A DNA stretch of 64,000 nt from Clostridiales bacterium (GTDB lineage: Bacteria; Bacillota; Clostridia; Christensenellales; UBA1242). The number at the start of each line of letters is the position of its first letter. The stretch's first letter is position 1. Where the stretch lies: contig SVIC01000001.1 of the NCBI GenBank assembly GCA_015055515.1, positions 91,327 through 155,326 of the forward strand, in the 5' to 3' direction. The translations under genes and the position numbers were made by a program. Shown here piece by piece: positions 9,471 to 19,992 of this stretch. Below the pieces are notes generated by a model. The model had not been told where the DNA came from. It was given only the letters and a program-made list of their open reading frames with translations, and made no database searches.

Positions 9471-9575
9471 GTATATATGTGAGGGCAAAGATTAATTCTT
9501 GCTCTTTTTTTATAGCGTTACTTAAAAAAAATTTTGCTATTGAAAATGTAAATATTATCTGATATAATTTATTAC

Positions 9576-11294
9576 ATGATAAATTATAAGGATATAATAA
9601 GGCGATTAGTAATAATATTAATAGTGTTATATAGTGGGATGGTGATTGGCTGTAATCATTCCGCGGATGATTTTGTGCCTAATATATCTTGGAATTATAG
9701 TGTTTATACATTGACAGAGGGTAAGTCTATTGCCTTATCGGATCTAATAACTAGTGATGTTAGTCTAGATAAGATTGTGTTTCATACAACTAATAGTGGT
9801 GTAGTGGATATTAATAGCAATTCTATTGTGGCAATAAGTGCTGGAGAGGCAATGGTCAAGGCTAGGTATGAAAATGTGGAAGTAACAATGAGCATAGTTG
9901 TGAATAGTAGCGCAATATATGCAAAGCAAATAGTGGCGATAGATGGTCTAGAAATGGTTGTTGGTGAAAGGGTCAAGTTGGACACATTGTATTATACAAA
10001 GCCAGACAAATTAGATGTAAGTGAGAGTATTATAATTTCATCTAATTTGGTTGTTGATAATGCCACTTCGGAGATTGTGGCTGTGATGTCTGGCAGGGGA
10101 TTTGTCACGATAGAAATTGCTAATAGTATGACAACAAAGATTAGCAAAACAATACAAGTAGATGTGGCAAAGCGTGGCATAGAGATAAATGCAAGAGTGG
10201 TTGATTTGGGCGGAATTGAGCCTATGTATATTCATGCAGGATATGAATATTGTATAATCGTGGAGGGCTTTGCTGGATATAGTATAGGTAGTTTTACAAT
10301 CTCTGATAATGTTGAATTGGTATCAGAGTATGATAAAGCAAATGACAAAGTTTTATTAGTGAAATTCAATGATTTGAATAATATTAGAATTGCTTATGAA
10401 GATGATTATGTTGTAGGCGAGGCTAATGTACTATGCGGTGCAGAATATAGAGATCCATCGAAATATAAAATAGGTCTAGTAGATGCAGATGGTGATATTG
10501 TTACAGAGGCTGATAAGTATATATTTTATATAACCGCAGATGGCGTAGATAGTCCATATGCCAAGACTGCAAGTCTGGACATAAGGTATAATGGCGAGAA
10601 GGTTAATTGTGCGAATATCGAAATCTCAGGTAATGCGTTCAGAATGGATGGAGATATTGTTAATGTCGTGTCTGAAGGCGATGCGGAGATATCTATTAAG
10701 ATTGGTGATTATATTACCAAGGTGAATTTGTGGGCTGAAATATGTGTTGTCAAAGATGTGGAGATACAATATCCTAAGATACACAACTTAAGTGATAGTA
10801 ATATAATTGAAATAGGGATAATAAAAGATAGGGAGTATAATATCTTTCCAGATACACCTATTATTGTGCCACATGATGACACTGGTGTGCGTGTAGATGG
10901 TATGAATATTATTGTAGAAAGTCTTGCGATAAGAAGTGTATCTGGCAGGGTAGTAATAGGTGACATTATAAAAGAATTTAACATTGTATTTTCTAGGTAT
11001 AGGATAGATGATATTATAGTAAATATTAATATGGTATCTGTGGGTACAGATATTATTGTAAGTGTTGCCGATTGGTATGTACTGGATATTGTCTTTATGT
11101 ACAAAGGAAATGAGGTGGTGATAGATGAGAATGTGCCACTGATTGCGACATATACATATAGAGGTAACACCATTGAAGTATCATTTACTAGACTACTAAG
11201 ACTGTATATAACTGAAGATGTGAGTATAGGTATATTAGATGAAAATATGAATGTTATGTTCAATATAAATATAAGATTGAAAATTGTTACCTAA
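9576..11294 (+). CDS. surface lipoprotein with Ig-like (Big_2-like) domains
   Basis: Signal peptide with the lipobox VIGC. The segment TLTEGKSIALSD...VVDINSNSIVAISAGEAMVKA fits the bacterial Ig-like group 2 pattern. Confidence 0.5.
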   Translation: MINYKDIIRRLVIILIVLYSGMVIGCNHSADDFVPNISWNYSVYTLTEGKSIALSDLITSDVSLDKIVFHTTNSGVVDINSNSIVAISAGEAMVKARYENVEVTMSIVVNSSAIYAKQIVAIDGLEMVVGERVKLDTLYYTKPDKLDVSESIIISSNLVVDNATSEIVAVMSGRGFVTIEIANSMTTKISKTIQVDVAKRGIEINARVVDLGGIEPMYIHAGYEYCIIVEGFAGYSIGSFTISDNVELVSEYDKANDKVLLVKFNDLNNIRIAYEDDYVVGEANVLCGAEYRDPSKYKIGLVDADGDIVTEADKYIFYITADGVDSPYAKTASLDIRYNGEKVNCANIEISGNAFRMDGDIVNVVSEGDAEISIKIGDYITKVNLWAEICVVKDVEIQYPKIHNLSDSNIIEIGIIKDREYNIFPDTPIIVPHDDTGVRVDGMNIIVESLAIRSVSGRVVIGDIIKEFNIVFSRYRIDDIIVNINMVSVGTDIIVSVADWYVLDIVFMYKGNEVVIDENVPLIATYTYRGNTIEVSFTRLLRLYITEDVSIGILDENMNVMFNINIRLKIVT

Positions 11295-11340
11295 AAAGAA
11301 TAATTTATGATATCATATACAAAATCAGTGAGGTGTATAT

Positions 11341-12174
11341 ATGAAAAAAGGTTTACTTGTATTAATGTCTGGCAGTAGTGGTGTGGGCAAAAATACAGTG
11401 ATAGATAAATTGATTGAAAATAACGATTATATAGGCAATTTGCGATCTTGTACCAGTAGAGCAATAAGGGTGGATGATAAGGTCCAAGAAGACGGTAATT
11501 ACGCATATTATTTTATGACAAAAGAGGAATTTGAGGGCAAGATAGAGCGTAATGAAATGCTAGAATATGATATATTTAGCGGTAATTATTATGGTATATC
11601 CAAGGACGCTATTCAGGAAGCAATGAATGCGGAAAAAACTGTTATTAAGGATATTACAGTAAAAGGAGTTGCTAGTTGCAAGCATTTGCTAGGTAAGAAT
11701 GCGAATATTGTATCAGTATTCTTGACAATGCCGAAGTCAGAGTTAAAAAGGCGTCTAGTTCTAAGAGGAACAAAAGATATACGAAATAGAATGAAGCACT
11801 ATGATTTCGAGCAAAAGAGTATTTCTCTATATGACTACTGTATTGTCAACAAAGATTTGGATAAGACGCTTGAGAAAATGGAAGGGGTACTGGCTGTATC
11901 AAAAAGAGAAGAAGATATATTGTGTGGAGAGGATATTAGTCATATTCATAGGTCAAAAGTAGACAAGATTGCCACAAAGTTAAAACAGAATAAGAAGGTA
12001 AAGCCTGTGCTTGTACAGATGCTGGATGGTAAGATATATATTGTAAAGGGTGTAAATACGTATTTGGCGAGTCTGGTATCGGGTATAAGTGTTACAAAGT
12101 ACTTTGTAGAAAATAAGAAAGTATGTGTAGCCGATAATGCGTATTGGAAAGAAATAATTAGTAGTTGTGAATAA
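11341..12174 (+). CDS. guanylate kinase-like protein with C-terminal ParB/Srx-like extension
   Basis: N-terminal P-loop GSSGVGKNT, the TSR and YYG elements of the Gmk fold, and a RLVLRGT lid. An extra ~90 aa at the C-terminus (PVLVQMLDGKIYIVKGVNTYLASLVSG) resembles a ParB N-domain core. Confidence 0.6.
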   Translation: MKKGLLVLMSGSSGVGKNTVIDKLIENNDYIGNLRSCTSRAIRVDDKVQEDGNYAYYFMTKEEFEGKIERNEMLEYDIFSGNYYGISKDAIQEAMNAEKTVIKDITVKGVASCKHLLGKNANIVSVFLTMPKSELKRRLVLRGTKDIRNRMKHYDFEQKSISLYDYCIVNKDLDKTLEKMEGVLAVSKREEDILCGEDISHIHRSKVDKIATKLKQNKKVKPVLVQMLDGKIYIVKGVNTYLASLVSGISVTKYFVENKKVCVADNAYWKEIISSCE

Positions 12175-12208
12175 AAAAATGTTAAGCAAAAGGGCTTAAC
12201 ATTTTTTT
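12173..12208. terminator. bidirectional terminator between convergent genes
   Basis: A-run, then ATGTTAAGC-loop-GCTTAACAT, then a T-run. Confidence 0.7.
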
Positions 12209-14882
12209 ATTTTCTCTTAACTTTCTTATTCTCTATTATCTTCTGAATTTCTACCATTGGTATGATTGCGATACTGCATCCTACTGCAATGATCCATTGT
12301 GTTAAGGTTAGTGGTACTGCACCGAAGAATCCTGCGATGAATGGTATTAGAGTAGGAATTAGTATGAATATTATGCCTACTAGAAATGCAATATTTAGCA
12401 ATTTGTTATCTAATGGATTTCTGCTAAATAGTGAATGGTTTGATTTGGTGTTGTATGAATGGAACAGTTGTATTAATGCAAGAGTGATGAACGCCATAGT
12501 TACACCAATCTCATGATTACCCATTACGTAATGTCCTATGCAATAAGATAACATTGTTAGAATTGTTTGCATTAATCCTTGGATAATAATGTCTTTACCT
12601 GTGTTGCCCGCAAATAGCGAAGAGCCAGACTTTCTAGGAGGATAATCCATGATGTCTTTATCTGCTTTTTCACAGCCAAGGGCTAGGGCAGGGAAGGAGT
12701 CTGTTACTAGGTTGATCCATAGTATCATAACTGCGGATAAGAATTCTTGGCCAGGTGCTAGTAAGAATATAGTAGAGATAAATAAGCATAAGACCTCTGC
12801 AATATTGGCAGATAGTAAGTATTTTACTGCTTTTTGGATATTTGAGTAAACCTTTCTACCTTCTTCTACTGCTGCTACGATAGTAGCGAAGTTGTCGTCG
12901 GCTAGTACCATATCTGCAGCACCTTTGCTGACATCTGTACCAGTTATTCCCATACCTACGCCAACATCGGCAATCTTAATACTAGGTGCATCATTAACGC
13001 CGTCGCCAGTCATTGCGACTATCATGTTAAATGACTTAAATGCCTGTACTATTCGTACTTTGTTTTCTGGACTTACTCTAGCAAAAACACTGTATCTATG
13101 CAAATTCTTATGGAATTCTTTGTCGCTTAGCTTATCTAGTTCTGCACCAGTGATGGCCAGGCTATCTTTTTTGTATATGCCTATCTCTTTGGCTATTGCA
13201 ACTGCTGTATCTAAGTGGTCTCCAGTGATCATTATTGCTCTCATTCCCGCTTTGTTACAAGTCGCAACTGCTGCTTTTACTTCCTTTCTAGGAGGGTCTA
13301 TCATACCCACAATACCTACGAATGTTAGTCCTTCTTCTAGGTTTGCTTTGTTAGTTAGATTGCTTGTCTTAATGGCTAGGCCTAGTACTCTTAATGCACT
13401 GTCTGCCATCTGTTTATTTGCTTGCTTTATTACCAAAATATCATCTTCGGTAATTGGTCTAATCTCATTCTCATGCATTATATGAGTACATCTATTAAGT
13501 ATTACATCTACAGCACCTTTTGTATAAGATATGTTTTTTCCTCTAGTGCTATTTAGTGTGGTCATTAATTTTCTTTTGCTATCAAAAGGTATCTCGTACA
13601 GTCTTGGGGCTTCTTTATTTAATATCTTTATATTTGTTCCAATTAACTTTGCGTAAGCCACAAGTGCAGTCTCTGTAGGGTCGCCCACTAGTGTATCATC
13701 ACTATTCTCTACTGTGTCGTTACATAGAACTAGACCTTCTATCAATGTTCTCTCACAATCGCTGTTGTGTGAACTCTCTGACTTATAGAATAGACCTTGA
13801 GAGATTGTAAATAACTGTTTTACTGTCATTTTATTGATTGTTAGTGTTCCAGTCTTATCTGAGCAAATTACTTGGCAACAACCAAGAGTTTCTACTGCAG
13901 GTAGATTTTTTACAATTGCTTTCTTCTCGCTCATACGCTTTACGCCTATTGCTAGTACTATAGTGACTACTGCTGGTAATCCCTCTGGAATGGCTGCTAC
14001 TGCTATTGCAACTGCAGTCATAAAGCTATTAGATATACTCTCAGTTGTTAATCCATTTTTCACTATAGATGCTACAAATATCACTAAAGCAATTCCTAGT
14101 ACAAGGATGGATAATAATTTTGCAGTCTTTGCTAATTGTCCTTGTAGAGGAGTTTGATTTTCTTTACTTTCATTTAACATAGTGGCAATTTTGCCCACTT
14201 CGGTATCCATACCTACTGCTACAACTACACCTTTGCCTCTACCATAGGCAACTACGCCAGAAGAATATACCATATTCTTTCTGTCGCCTAGTGGGGTAGT
14301 GTCGGAGAGTATAACATTGTGATTTTTTTCTGAAGGTACACTCTCTCCTGTCAGTGCCGACTCCTCTATCTTAAGCGATGCAGAATCTATTAGTCTTATG
14401 TCTGCTGGAACAATGTCGCCAGCCTCAAGTACTACAATATCGCCCACAACAATGTCTTCGCTCTTGATCTTAATAATCTCTCCATCACGAAGAACTTTTG
14501 CATAAGGCTTATTCATGTTCTTCAACGCTTCCATTGCGTTATTTGCTTTGTTCTCTTGTATAAGACCAATGATGGCATTGATTATTACTATTAGTAGAAT
14601 GATGCCACTATCTACTAGATCGATGTACTTTTTCTCTATTACAGCCAATATTCCAGATACTAGTGAGGCGATTAATAATACTATTATCATTACATCTTTC
14701 ATTTGGTCCAAGAATCTCATGAACCAGTTCTTTCGCTTGGTCTCTACTAGTTTGTTCTTGCCGTTTTTCTCTAATAATTGTTCGGCTCTTTTGCTACTCA
14801 ATCCCGATTCTGATGTTTTGTAATAACTAATTACTTCATCGATTGATTTTGATTGAAAATTTTTCAATTCCATAACCTCCAT
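12207..14882 (-). CDS. Ca2+-transporting P-type ATPase (P2A/PMCA-SERCA-like)
   Basis: Carries CSDKTGTLT (phosphorylation site), TGES, MITGDH, TGDGVNDAPS, and PEGLPAVVT in TM4. Start is ambiguous: ATG 14882 (MEVMELK) or 14873. The track start 14906 lacks an RBS. Confidence 0.85.
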   Translation of the reverse strand: MEVMELKNFQSKSIDEVISYYKTSESGLSSKRAEQLLEKNGKNKLVETKRKNWFMRFLDQMKDVMIIVLLIASLVSGILAVIEKKYIDLVDSGIILLIVIINAIIGLIQENKANNAMEALKNMNKPYAKVLRDGEIIKIKSEDIVVGDIVVLEAGDIVPADIRLIDSASLKIEESALTGESVPSEKNHNVILSDTTPLGDRKNMVYSSGVVAYGRGKGVVVAVGMDTEVGKIATMLNESKENQTPLQGQLAKTAKLLSILVLGIALVIFVASIVKNGLTTESISNSFMTAVAIAVAAIPEGLPAVVTIVLAIGVKRMSEKKAIVKNLPAVETLGCCQVICSDKTGTLTINKMTVKQLFTISQGLFYKSESSHNSDCERTLIEGLVLCNDTVENSDDTLVGDPTETALVAYAKLIGTNIKILNKEAPRLYEIPFDSKRKLMTTLNSTRGKNISYTKGAVDVILNRCTHIMHENEIRPITEDDILVIKQANKQMADSALRVLGLAIKTSNLTNKANLEEGLTFVGIVGMIDPPRKEVKAAVATCNKAGMRAIMITGDHLDTAVAIAKEIGIYKKDSLAITGAELDKLSDKEFHKNLHRYSVFARVSPENKVRIVQAFKSFNMIVAMTGDGVNDAPSIKIADVGVGMGITGTDVSKGAADMVLADDNFATIVAAVEEGRKVYSNIQKAVKYLLSANIAEVLCLFISTIFLLAPGQEFLSAVMILWINLVTDSFPALALGCEKADKDIMDYPPRKSGSSLFAGNTGKDIIIQGLMQTILTMLSYCIGHYVMGNHEIGVTMAFITLALIQLFHSYNTKSNHSLFSRNPLDNKLLNIAFLVGIIFILIPTLIPFIAGFFGAVPLTLTQWIIAVGCSIAIIPMVEIQKIIENKKVKRK

Positions 14883-15058
14883 TTTAATACAAAGGTAGTA
14901 TAACACATAGATAATCGCTTTCCAAAATGATTTGTATCTAATAACTAATTAACATAAGATTGTATCCTAAATAATATGTATTATTATATGGATTTGTTCA
15001 TAAATGTGATCGTTTTAAGAATAGAATTGAATATTAATAATTTTTTCTAGATAGGGGA

Positions 15059-16012
15059 ATGATGGAGTTAGCGGTTAGTTGTGTATTATTTGTTCTGGCG
15101 TTATTAATAATTATTATTAGTGGGAATTGTATGGTAAGCAATGCTGTCAAGATAAGTTCTATCACGGGTATTCCACAGGCGCTAATTGGTGCAACAATAG
15201 TGTCGCTTGCTACTACATTGCCAGAGTTGAACGTGACAGTATTCTCTGCAATGGACGGGTTGACCGATTTGGCTATAGGAAATGCCATTGGTAGTATAAT
15301 ATTCAATATGACTTTTGTTATAGGTATAATTATGTTATTTACTACTAATAAGATAAAATACTCTGCATTTGGTATAAATTTCTATATTATGATATTTGTC
15401 CTTGTTGTTATATTCATAACGGGAATACTTAACATCATGAATAAGTGGTCGGGAATGTTGCTTCTTACTATATTTCTTCTATTCTTTATTCACAATATCA
15501 TAGAGGCTAATAGGAAGGAGGAGAACATTGATTTATTTGCTATAAAAAAGAATAAGGATAAATCGGGAAAGTTGTGGCTAGTAATAATATTATTTTGCTT
15601 GAGTTCCTTTTTTGTATCTATGGGTGCGAAGATACTGGTGCAAAATGGTGAGAGGATTGCTAGACTACTATCCATTAGCGAGCATATTATAGGTGTTACA
15701 ATTATTGCTATTGGCACTAGTTTGCCAGAGGTTGTGACTGCTATATCCAGTATAAGACAGCGTAGCACAAGTATTGCTATTGGCAATATAGTGGGTGCGA
15801 ATATACTTAGTAGTACCTTGCTTGTAGGAATAAGTGCTATATTAGAGCCTGATAGGTTGGTGATTAATAATAACATCTTATTAATTGCGATACCATTGAT
15901 TATAGTATCATCATTATTACTTATGTATGGTGTGAAAAAAAACAGATACAAGACAACGGGAGTATTGTTACTTGTAATGTTTGTGCTGTATTACATCACA
16001 GTAGTTGTGTAA
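15059..16012 (+). CDS. CaCA-family cation/Ca2+ exchanger (YrbG-like)
   Basis: About 10 TM. It has two alpha-repeat signatures, GNAIGSIIFN and GNIVGANILS. Confidence 0.75.
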   Translation: MMELAVSCVLFVLALLIIIISGNCMVSNAVKISSITGIPQALIGATIVSLATTLPELNVTVFSAMDGLTDLAIGNAIGSIIFNMTFVIGIIMLFTTNKIKYSAFGINFYIMIFVLVVIFITGILNIMNKWSGMLLLTIFLLFFIHNIIEANRKEENIDLFAIKKNKDKSGKLWLVIILFCLSSFFVSMGAKILVQNGERIARLLSISEHIIGVTIIAIGTSLPEVVTAISSIRQRSTSIAIGNIVGANILSSTLLVGISAILEPDRLVINNNILLIAIPLIIVSSLLLMYGVKKNRYKTTGVLLLVMFVLYYITVVV

Positions 16013-16076
16013 AATAGGCATAATTGCAAAAGTAAGATAATATATTCTATTAAATCATAGTAAAAGAGGATTGAGT

Positions 16077-17567
16077 ATGAAGAAGTTGGTTGCACTAGTC
16101 TTTGCGCTATTTACATTAATATTTATTAGTGGATGTGGCGTAGGTGGAGATGATTTAAGTAAAATTTCAAAAACTATACCTACGTATAATATGGATATAG
16201 TATATAATGATGAGGAGAAAAAGCTAGAGGTTAATCAAGTACTAGATTATATTAATACATACGACACAAGTCTAGATGAGATATACTTGCATTTATATCC
16301 AAAATCATTTAATTTAGATGCGGTAAATAAGCCTGTAGGGGTACTAACTAAGGAAAAGGCTTATTACAATGGAGATAGCGAAGGAGATATATTAATAGCT
16401 GATGTCAAATGCGATGCAGAGGTAGAGGCTATAACTTATACTGGTGATGATGAAGATTTTCTAAAGATAGAACTAACATCTGCTGTGGCACCTGGAGAAA
16501 GGCTACAAGTAGAGTTTGACTATGAGGTAGTTATTCCTAATTGCAATCATAGATTTGGGTACGGCGAGAACACTATTAACTTAGGTAATTTCTATCCAGT
16601 GCTTGCTGTGTTTGAGGATGGACAGTATTCGCTAAATCCATATCATAGCAACGGAGATCCTTTTTATAGTGAGGTGGCTAATTATAATGTGACTATCACA
16701 GCACCAGAGAAATATATTATTGCATCTACTGGATCAATGACAGATAGTAGTGTTGTAGATGGCGTACAGACTGTGTCTTATGAAGCAAAAGTTTGTAGAG
16801 ACTATGCTTTTGTGATGAGTGAGAAATATAGTGTGGCTAGCACGACCATAGAGGGCGTGGAAGTGATGTACTATTATTACGAAGATGATAATTACGAGAA
16901 GCATTTGCAAGCATCGGTGGATGCACTAGTTACATTCAATGAATTGTTTGGAAGATATCCATATTCTACACTTAGTGTAGCAAAGACTAACTTTGTGCAT
17001 GGTGGTATGGAATATCCTAATCTAGTGTATATAAGTGATGATGATATGGCGGATGCAGATTATATTAATGTTATAGTGCATGAGATTGCTCATCAATGGT
17101 GGTATGGCGTTGTGGGAAATGATGAGTATGTTAATTCGTGGCTGGATGAGGGATTGACAGAATTCTCGACTAATCTATTCTATGAGAACAATCCTAGTTA
17201 TGGAGTGAATGCAGATGATGTGGTTAAGAATTTAACCAAGAATTATGCGACATTTGTGGATGTGTACTCTACTATACTGGGTGAGGTGGATACTAGTATG
17301 AATAGGGCATTAGATGAGTATGATACAGAGCCTGAGTATGTATACGTGACATATGTCAAAGGTAACTTATTTTTCAATAGCCTAAGGGAGATGATTGGTA
17401 AGGATAAATTCATGCAAGGCTTAAAAGAGTATTATAATGAGTATAAGTATTTAGTGGCTACGCCAGAAGGCATGATGGGTGTGTTCGAAGGGGTAACCGG
17501 AACAGATTTGTCACAGTTCTTCTCTAGTTGGATAGAAGGAAAAATTGATATTATTGAGATAAAATAG
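16077..17567 (+). CDS. M1-family zinc aminopeptidase lipoprotein
   Basis: Lipobox ISGC; gluzincin motif HEIAHQWWYG plus the downstream WLDEGLTEF. ATG 16077 follows AAAGAGGA. Confidence 0.8.
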   Translation: MKKLVALVFALFTLIFISGCGVGGDDLSKISKTIPTYNMDIVYNDEEKKLEVNQVLDYINTYDTSLDEIYLHLYPKSFNLDAVNKPVGVLTKEKAYYNGDSEGDILIADVKCDAEVEAITYTGDDEDFLKIELTSAVAPGERLQVEFDYEVVIPNCNHRFGYGENTINLGNFYPVLAVFEDGQYSLNPYHSNGDPFYSEVANYNVTITAPEKYIIASTGSMTDSSVVDGVQTVSYEAKVCRDYAFVMSEKYSVASTTIEGVEVMYYYYEDDNYEKHLQASVDALVTFNELFGRYPYSTLSVAKTNFVHGGMEYPNLVYISDDDMADADYINVIVHEIAHQWWYGVVGNDEYVNSWLDEGLTEFSTNLFYENNPSYGVNADDVVKNLTKNYATFVDVYSTILGEVDTSMNRALDEYDTEPEYVYVTYVKGNLFFNSLREMIGKDKFMQGLKEYYNEYKYLVATPEGMMGVFEGVTGTDLSQFFSSWIEGKIDIIEIK

Positions 17568-17585
17568 TGTTCGACAATATAAGTG

Positions 17586-17617
17586 GGAAATTTACAAATG
17601 TGAATTTCCTTTTTTTA
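17586..17617 (+). terminator. rho-independent terminator
   Basis: GGAAATT-loop-AATTTCC followed by a T8 run. Confidence 0.6.
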
Positions 17618-17664
17618 TATCAAATGCAATACAAAGTGCTAGTATATACTAAAAGGTAAGAGAA

Positions 17665-19986
17665 ATGGAAATAAAGAAGAAGATTAACTATTTAAGACAG
17701 AATAAATTAAGTGTGTTATACAAAATATTGCAGACATTTGGTTTTTTTATCATATTTTTTGCAACTAATAATGTTTTTGTATTCCAATCGCATAATATTT
17801 TTGGTATACCGCTACTATTTGCATTTATTTGGTGTGGGTATAATCCTATATGGCTAGGTGCAATATTTGCCACGACCTATTATCTTGTGGATCTAGCTTA
17901 TATGTCATTAAAACTGGGGATTTGTGTCTTTATAATATGTGCAATGATGTTGTTATTAAGTAGGGTAAAAAGGATAAGAAATCATGGAATTATGCCATAT
18001 TTACTTACAGCACTTGCCCTTGTCCCTTATATAATAGAGAATAACGGCACTATTAAGGAGAATGTAACATTAGTAATATCTGTGATATTTTGTTTTATGT
18101 TCCTGTATATTGCACAATTCTTTCTCAAAGGTACAATTAAGCGTGGATTTAGTCTAAGGCTGAATATAGATGAGAAGATTTGCGGGTCGTTAGTACTTGC
18201 TATGATAGCATATGGTTTGGCAGGGGTGAATTTATTTAATCTGGATTTTGCAACTATTGGTTGTGTAATACTGGTATTGTTGACTTCATATACATTTCAG
18301 TTGGTTGAGACTGTGGTTATTGCATTTGTGTATGGCTTAGGCGTGGCAATATTCCACTTCAATCCAATGTATATATCACTATATTTGTGCCTTGCATTTT
18401 TTTGCTATGCGTTTAGGTCAAAAACGAAGATATTTAGCGGTCTTTCTTTAATTGCATTGTATTTATGTTTTACATTGTATTTCACAGAATACTTTATATT
18501 TGATTTAATAACATTAATAGTTATAACGGGGGTTGCGATAATATACTGTTTTGTTCCTAACAGATTAATTAATTATTGCAAAGATGTATTTGCTGGTAGC
18601 AAGAATAAGATTGCGGTAAGGAATATGGTAAAGTCTAATAAGGATAAGATTTGCAACAAGTTATTGGATATGGCAAATGTGTTCAAAGAGATGGAGTATT
18701 CTTTTAAGCGTACGTTACAGAAAAGTCTTCCAGTGTCAGAGAAAAAAGAGATGATGAAGCAAGATTTGGCATCTATGGTGTGCAGAGATTGTGCAAACAA
18801 AAACAAATGCCTTAGAATTAATGGCGAGAATACTACACAAGTATTTGATAGTCTAATTGATGCGGGAGTGAGCAAGGGAAGGGTAAATGATATAGATGTA
18901 AACAAATATTTGTTAACAAGATGCTCGAAACTGCCAATATTGGTAACCACTGCTAATGATATAGTGCATAGTTATAGAGAGGCATCGATGTTATCGAATA
19001 ATATGGATTGTAGCAAAATATTAGTAGCAGAACAGTTTGCAGGAGTTAGTGCAGTAATGCATGGCTTGATAACAGAGATTAGTGAGAATATATCGTTCGA
19101 TGTAGAATTAGAAAATAGAATAATTGAAGATTTGCTATATAAGAACATCTTCTGTGAAGAAGCTGTTGTGTATGAGAAGAGTATAAAAGAGCGAAGTGTA
19201 ATACTGCTTATTAAGAATGGAAAGATTGATAAATTGGCAGTAGAGAAGATTGTGTCAAAGGTGTGCAAGATGCCGATGAAAATTATCAGTATTGAGCCGA
19301 GTGAATTACCTGATCTGAGTGTTGTGATGATGGGGGCTACACCGAATTATGATGTAGTATTTGGCAGTGCGACAAGGAATAAGGCAGGGGTTATTGTTGG
19401 TGGTGATACACATAGTTTTATAAAGGTAGACAATGGTAAATACATGCTGGCGTTAAGTGATGGTATGGGTAGTGGAGCAACGGCAAGAGAGACTAGTGAT
19501 CTTGCAATTGGACTGATAGAGAATTATTACAAGGCCGGCTTTGATAATGATCTGATACTGTCTTCCGTTAACAAATTATTGTCACTGAATAACGAGGATA
19601 ATTTTTCTGCAATTGATATATGCATATTAGATTTTTTTCAAAATACTATGGACTTTGTAAAGTTAGGAACCCCGTATAGTTATATTAAGTCTAAGGCTGG
19701 TGTGGAGGAGGTAAAATCTTCTGGTTTGCCTATGGGAATACTAGAAGAAATTCGCCCTCATGTAACAAAGAAATATATTAATAATTTTGATATAGTTATA
19801 CTAGTGTCGGATGGGATAAATGATGTATTTAAGAACGATGAATTAAAGAGATTTATTAACGGTATTAATATGATTAATCCACAGGAAATTGCTGATCACA
19901 TTTTGGCAAAAGCAGTTAGTCTATCACACGGAGTATGTGCTGATGATATGACAGTAATAGTTGCAAGAATTTTTCCTACAAAATAG
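17665..19986 (+). CDS. spoIIE: stage II sporulation protein E (membrane PP2C phosphatase)
   Basis: About 10 N-terminal TM segments followed by a C-terminal PP2C domain (ALSDGMGSG, ILVSDGI, DDMTVIVARI). Confidence 0.8.
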   Translation: MEIKKKINYLRQNKLSVLYKILQTFGFFIIFFATNNVFVFQSHNIFGIPLLFAFIWCGYNPIWLGAIFATTYYLVDLAYMSLKLGICVFIICAMMLLLSRVKRIRNHGIMPYLLTALALVPYIIENNGTIKENVTLVISVIFCFMFLYIAQFFLKGTIKRGFSLRLNIDEKICGSLVLAMIAYGLAGVNLFNLDFATIGCVILVLLTSYTFQLVETVVIAFVYGLGVAIFHFNPMYISLYLCLAFFCYAFRSKTKIFSGLSLIALYLCFTLYFTEYFIFDLITLIVITGVAIIYCFVPNRLINYCKDVFAGSKNKIAVRNMVKSNKDKICNKLLDMANVFKEMEYSFKRTLQKSLPVSEKKEMMKQDLASMVCRDCANKNKCLRINGENTTQVFDSLIDAGVSKGRVNDIDVNKYLLTRCSKLPILVTTANDIVHSYREASMLSNNMDCSKILVAEQFAGVSAVMHGLITEISENISFDVELENRIIEDLLYKNIFCEEAVVYEKSIKERSVILLIKNGKIDKLAVEKIVSKVCKMPMKIISIEPSELPDLSVVMMGATPNYDVVFGSATRNKAGVIVGGDTHSFIKVDNGKYMLALSDGMGSGATARETSDLAIGLIENYYKAGFDNDLILSSVNKLLSLNNEDNFSAIDICILDFFQNTMDFVKLGTPYSYIKSKAGVEEVKSSGLPMGILEEIRPHVTKKYINNFDIVILVSDGINDVFKNDELKRFINGINMINPQEIADHILAKAVSLSHGVCADDMTVIVARIFPTK

Positions 19987-19992
19987 GTAGAG

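Noticed and set aside
12262-14823. Several + strand ORFs (84-197 aa, e.g. 12892..13485 and 13834..14157) inside the P-type ATPase gene.
   Set aside because: They lie antisense to a 890-aa gene with unmistakable P-type ATPase motifs. They have no RBS, and their low-complexity S/I/L/P-rich translations are typical of the reverse frame of an AT-rich gene. The same reasoning applies to 10709..11263, 29271..29852, 32379..32774, 33045..33461, 44525..45058, 53397..54026 and 62119..62526.
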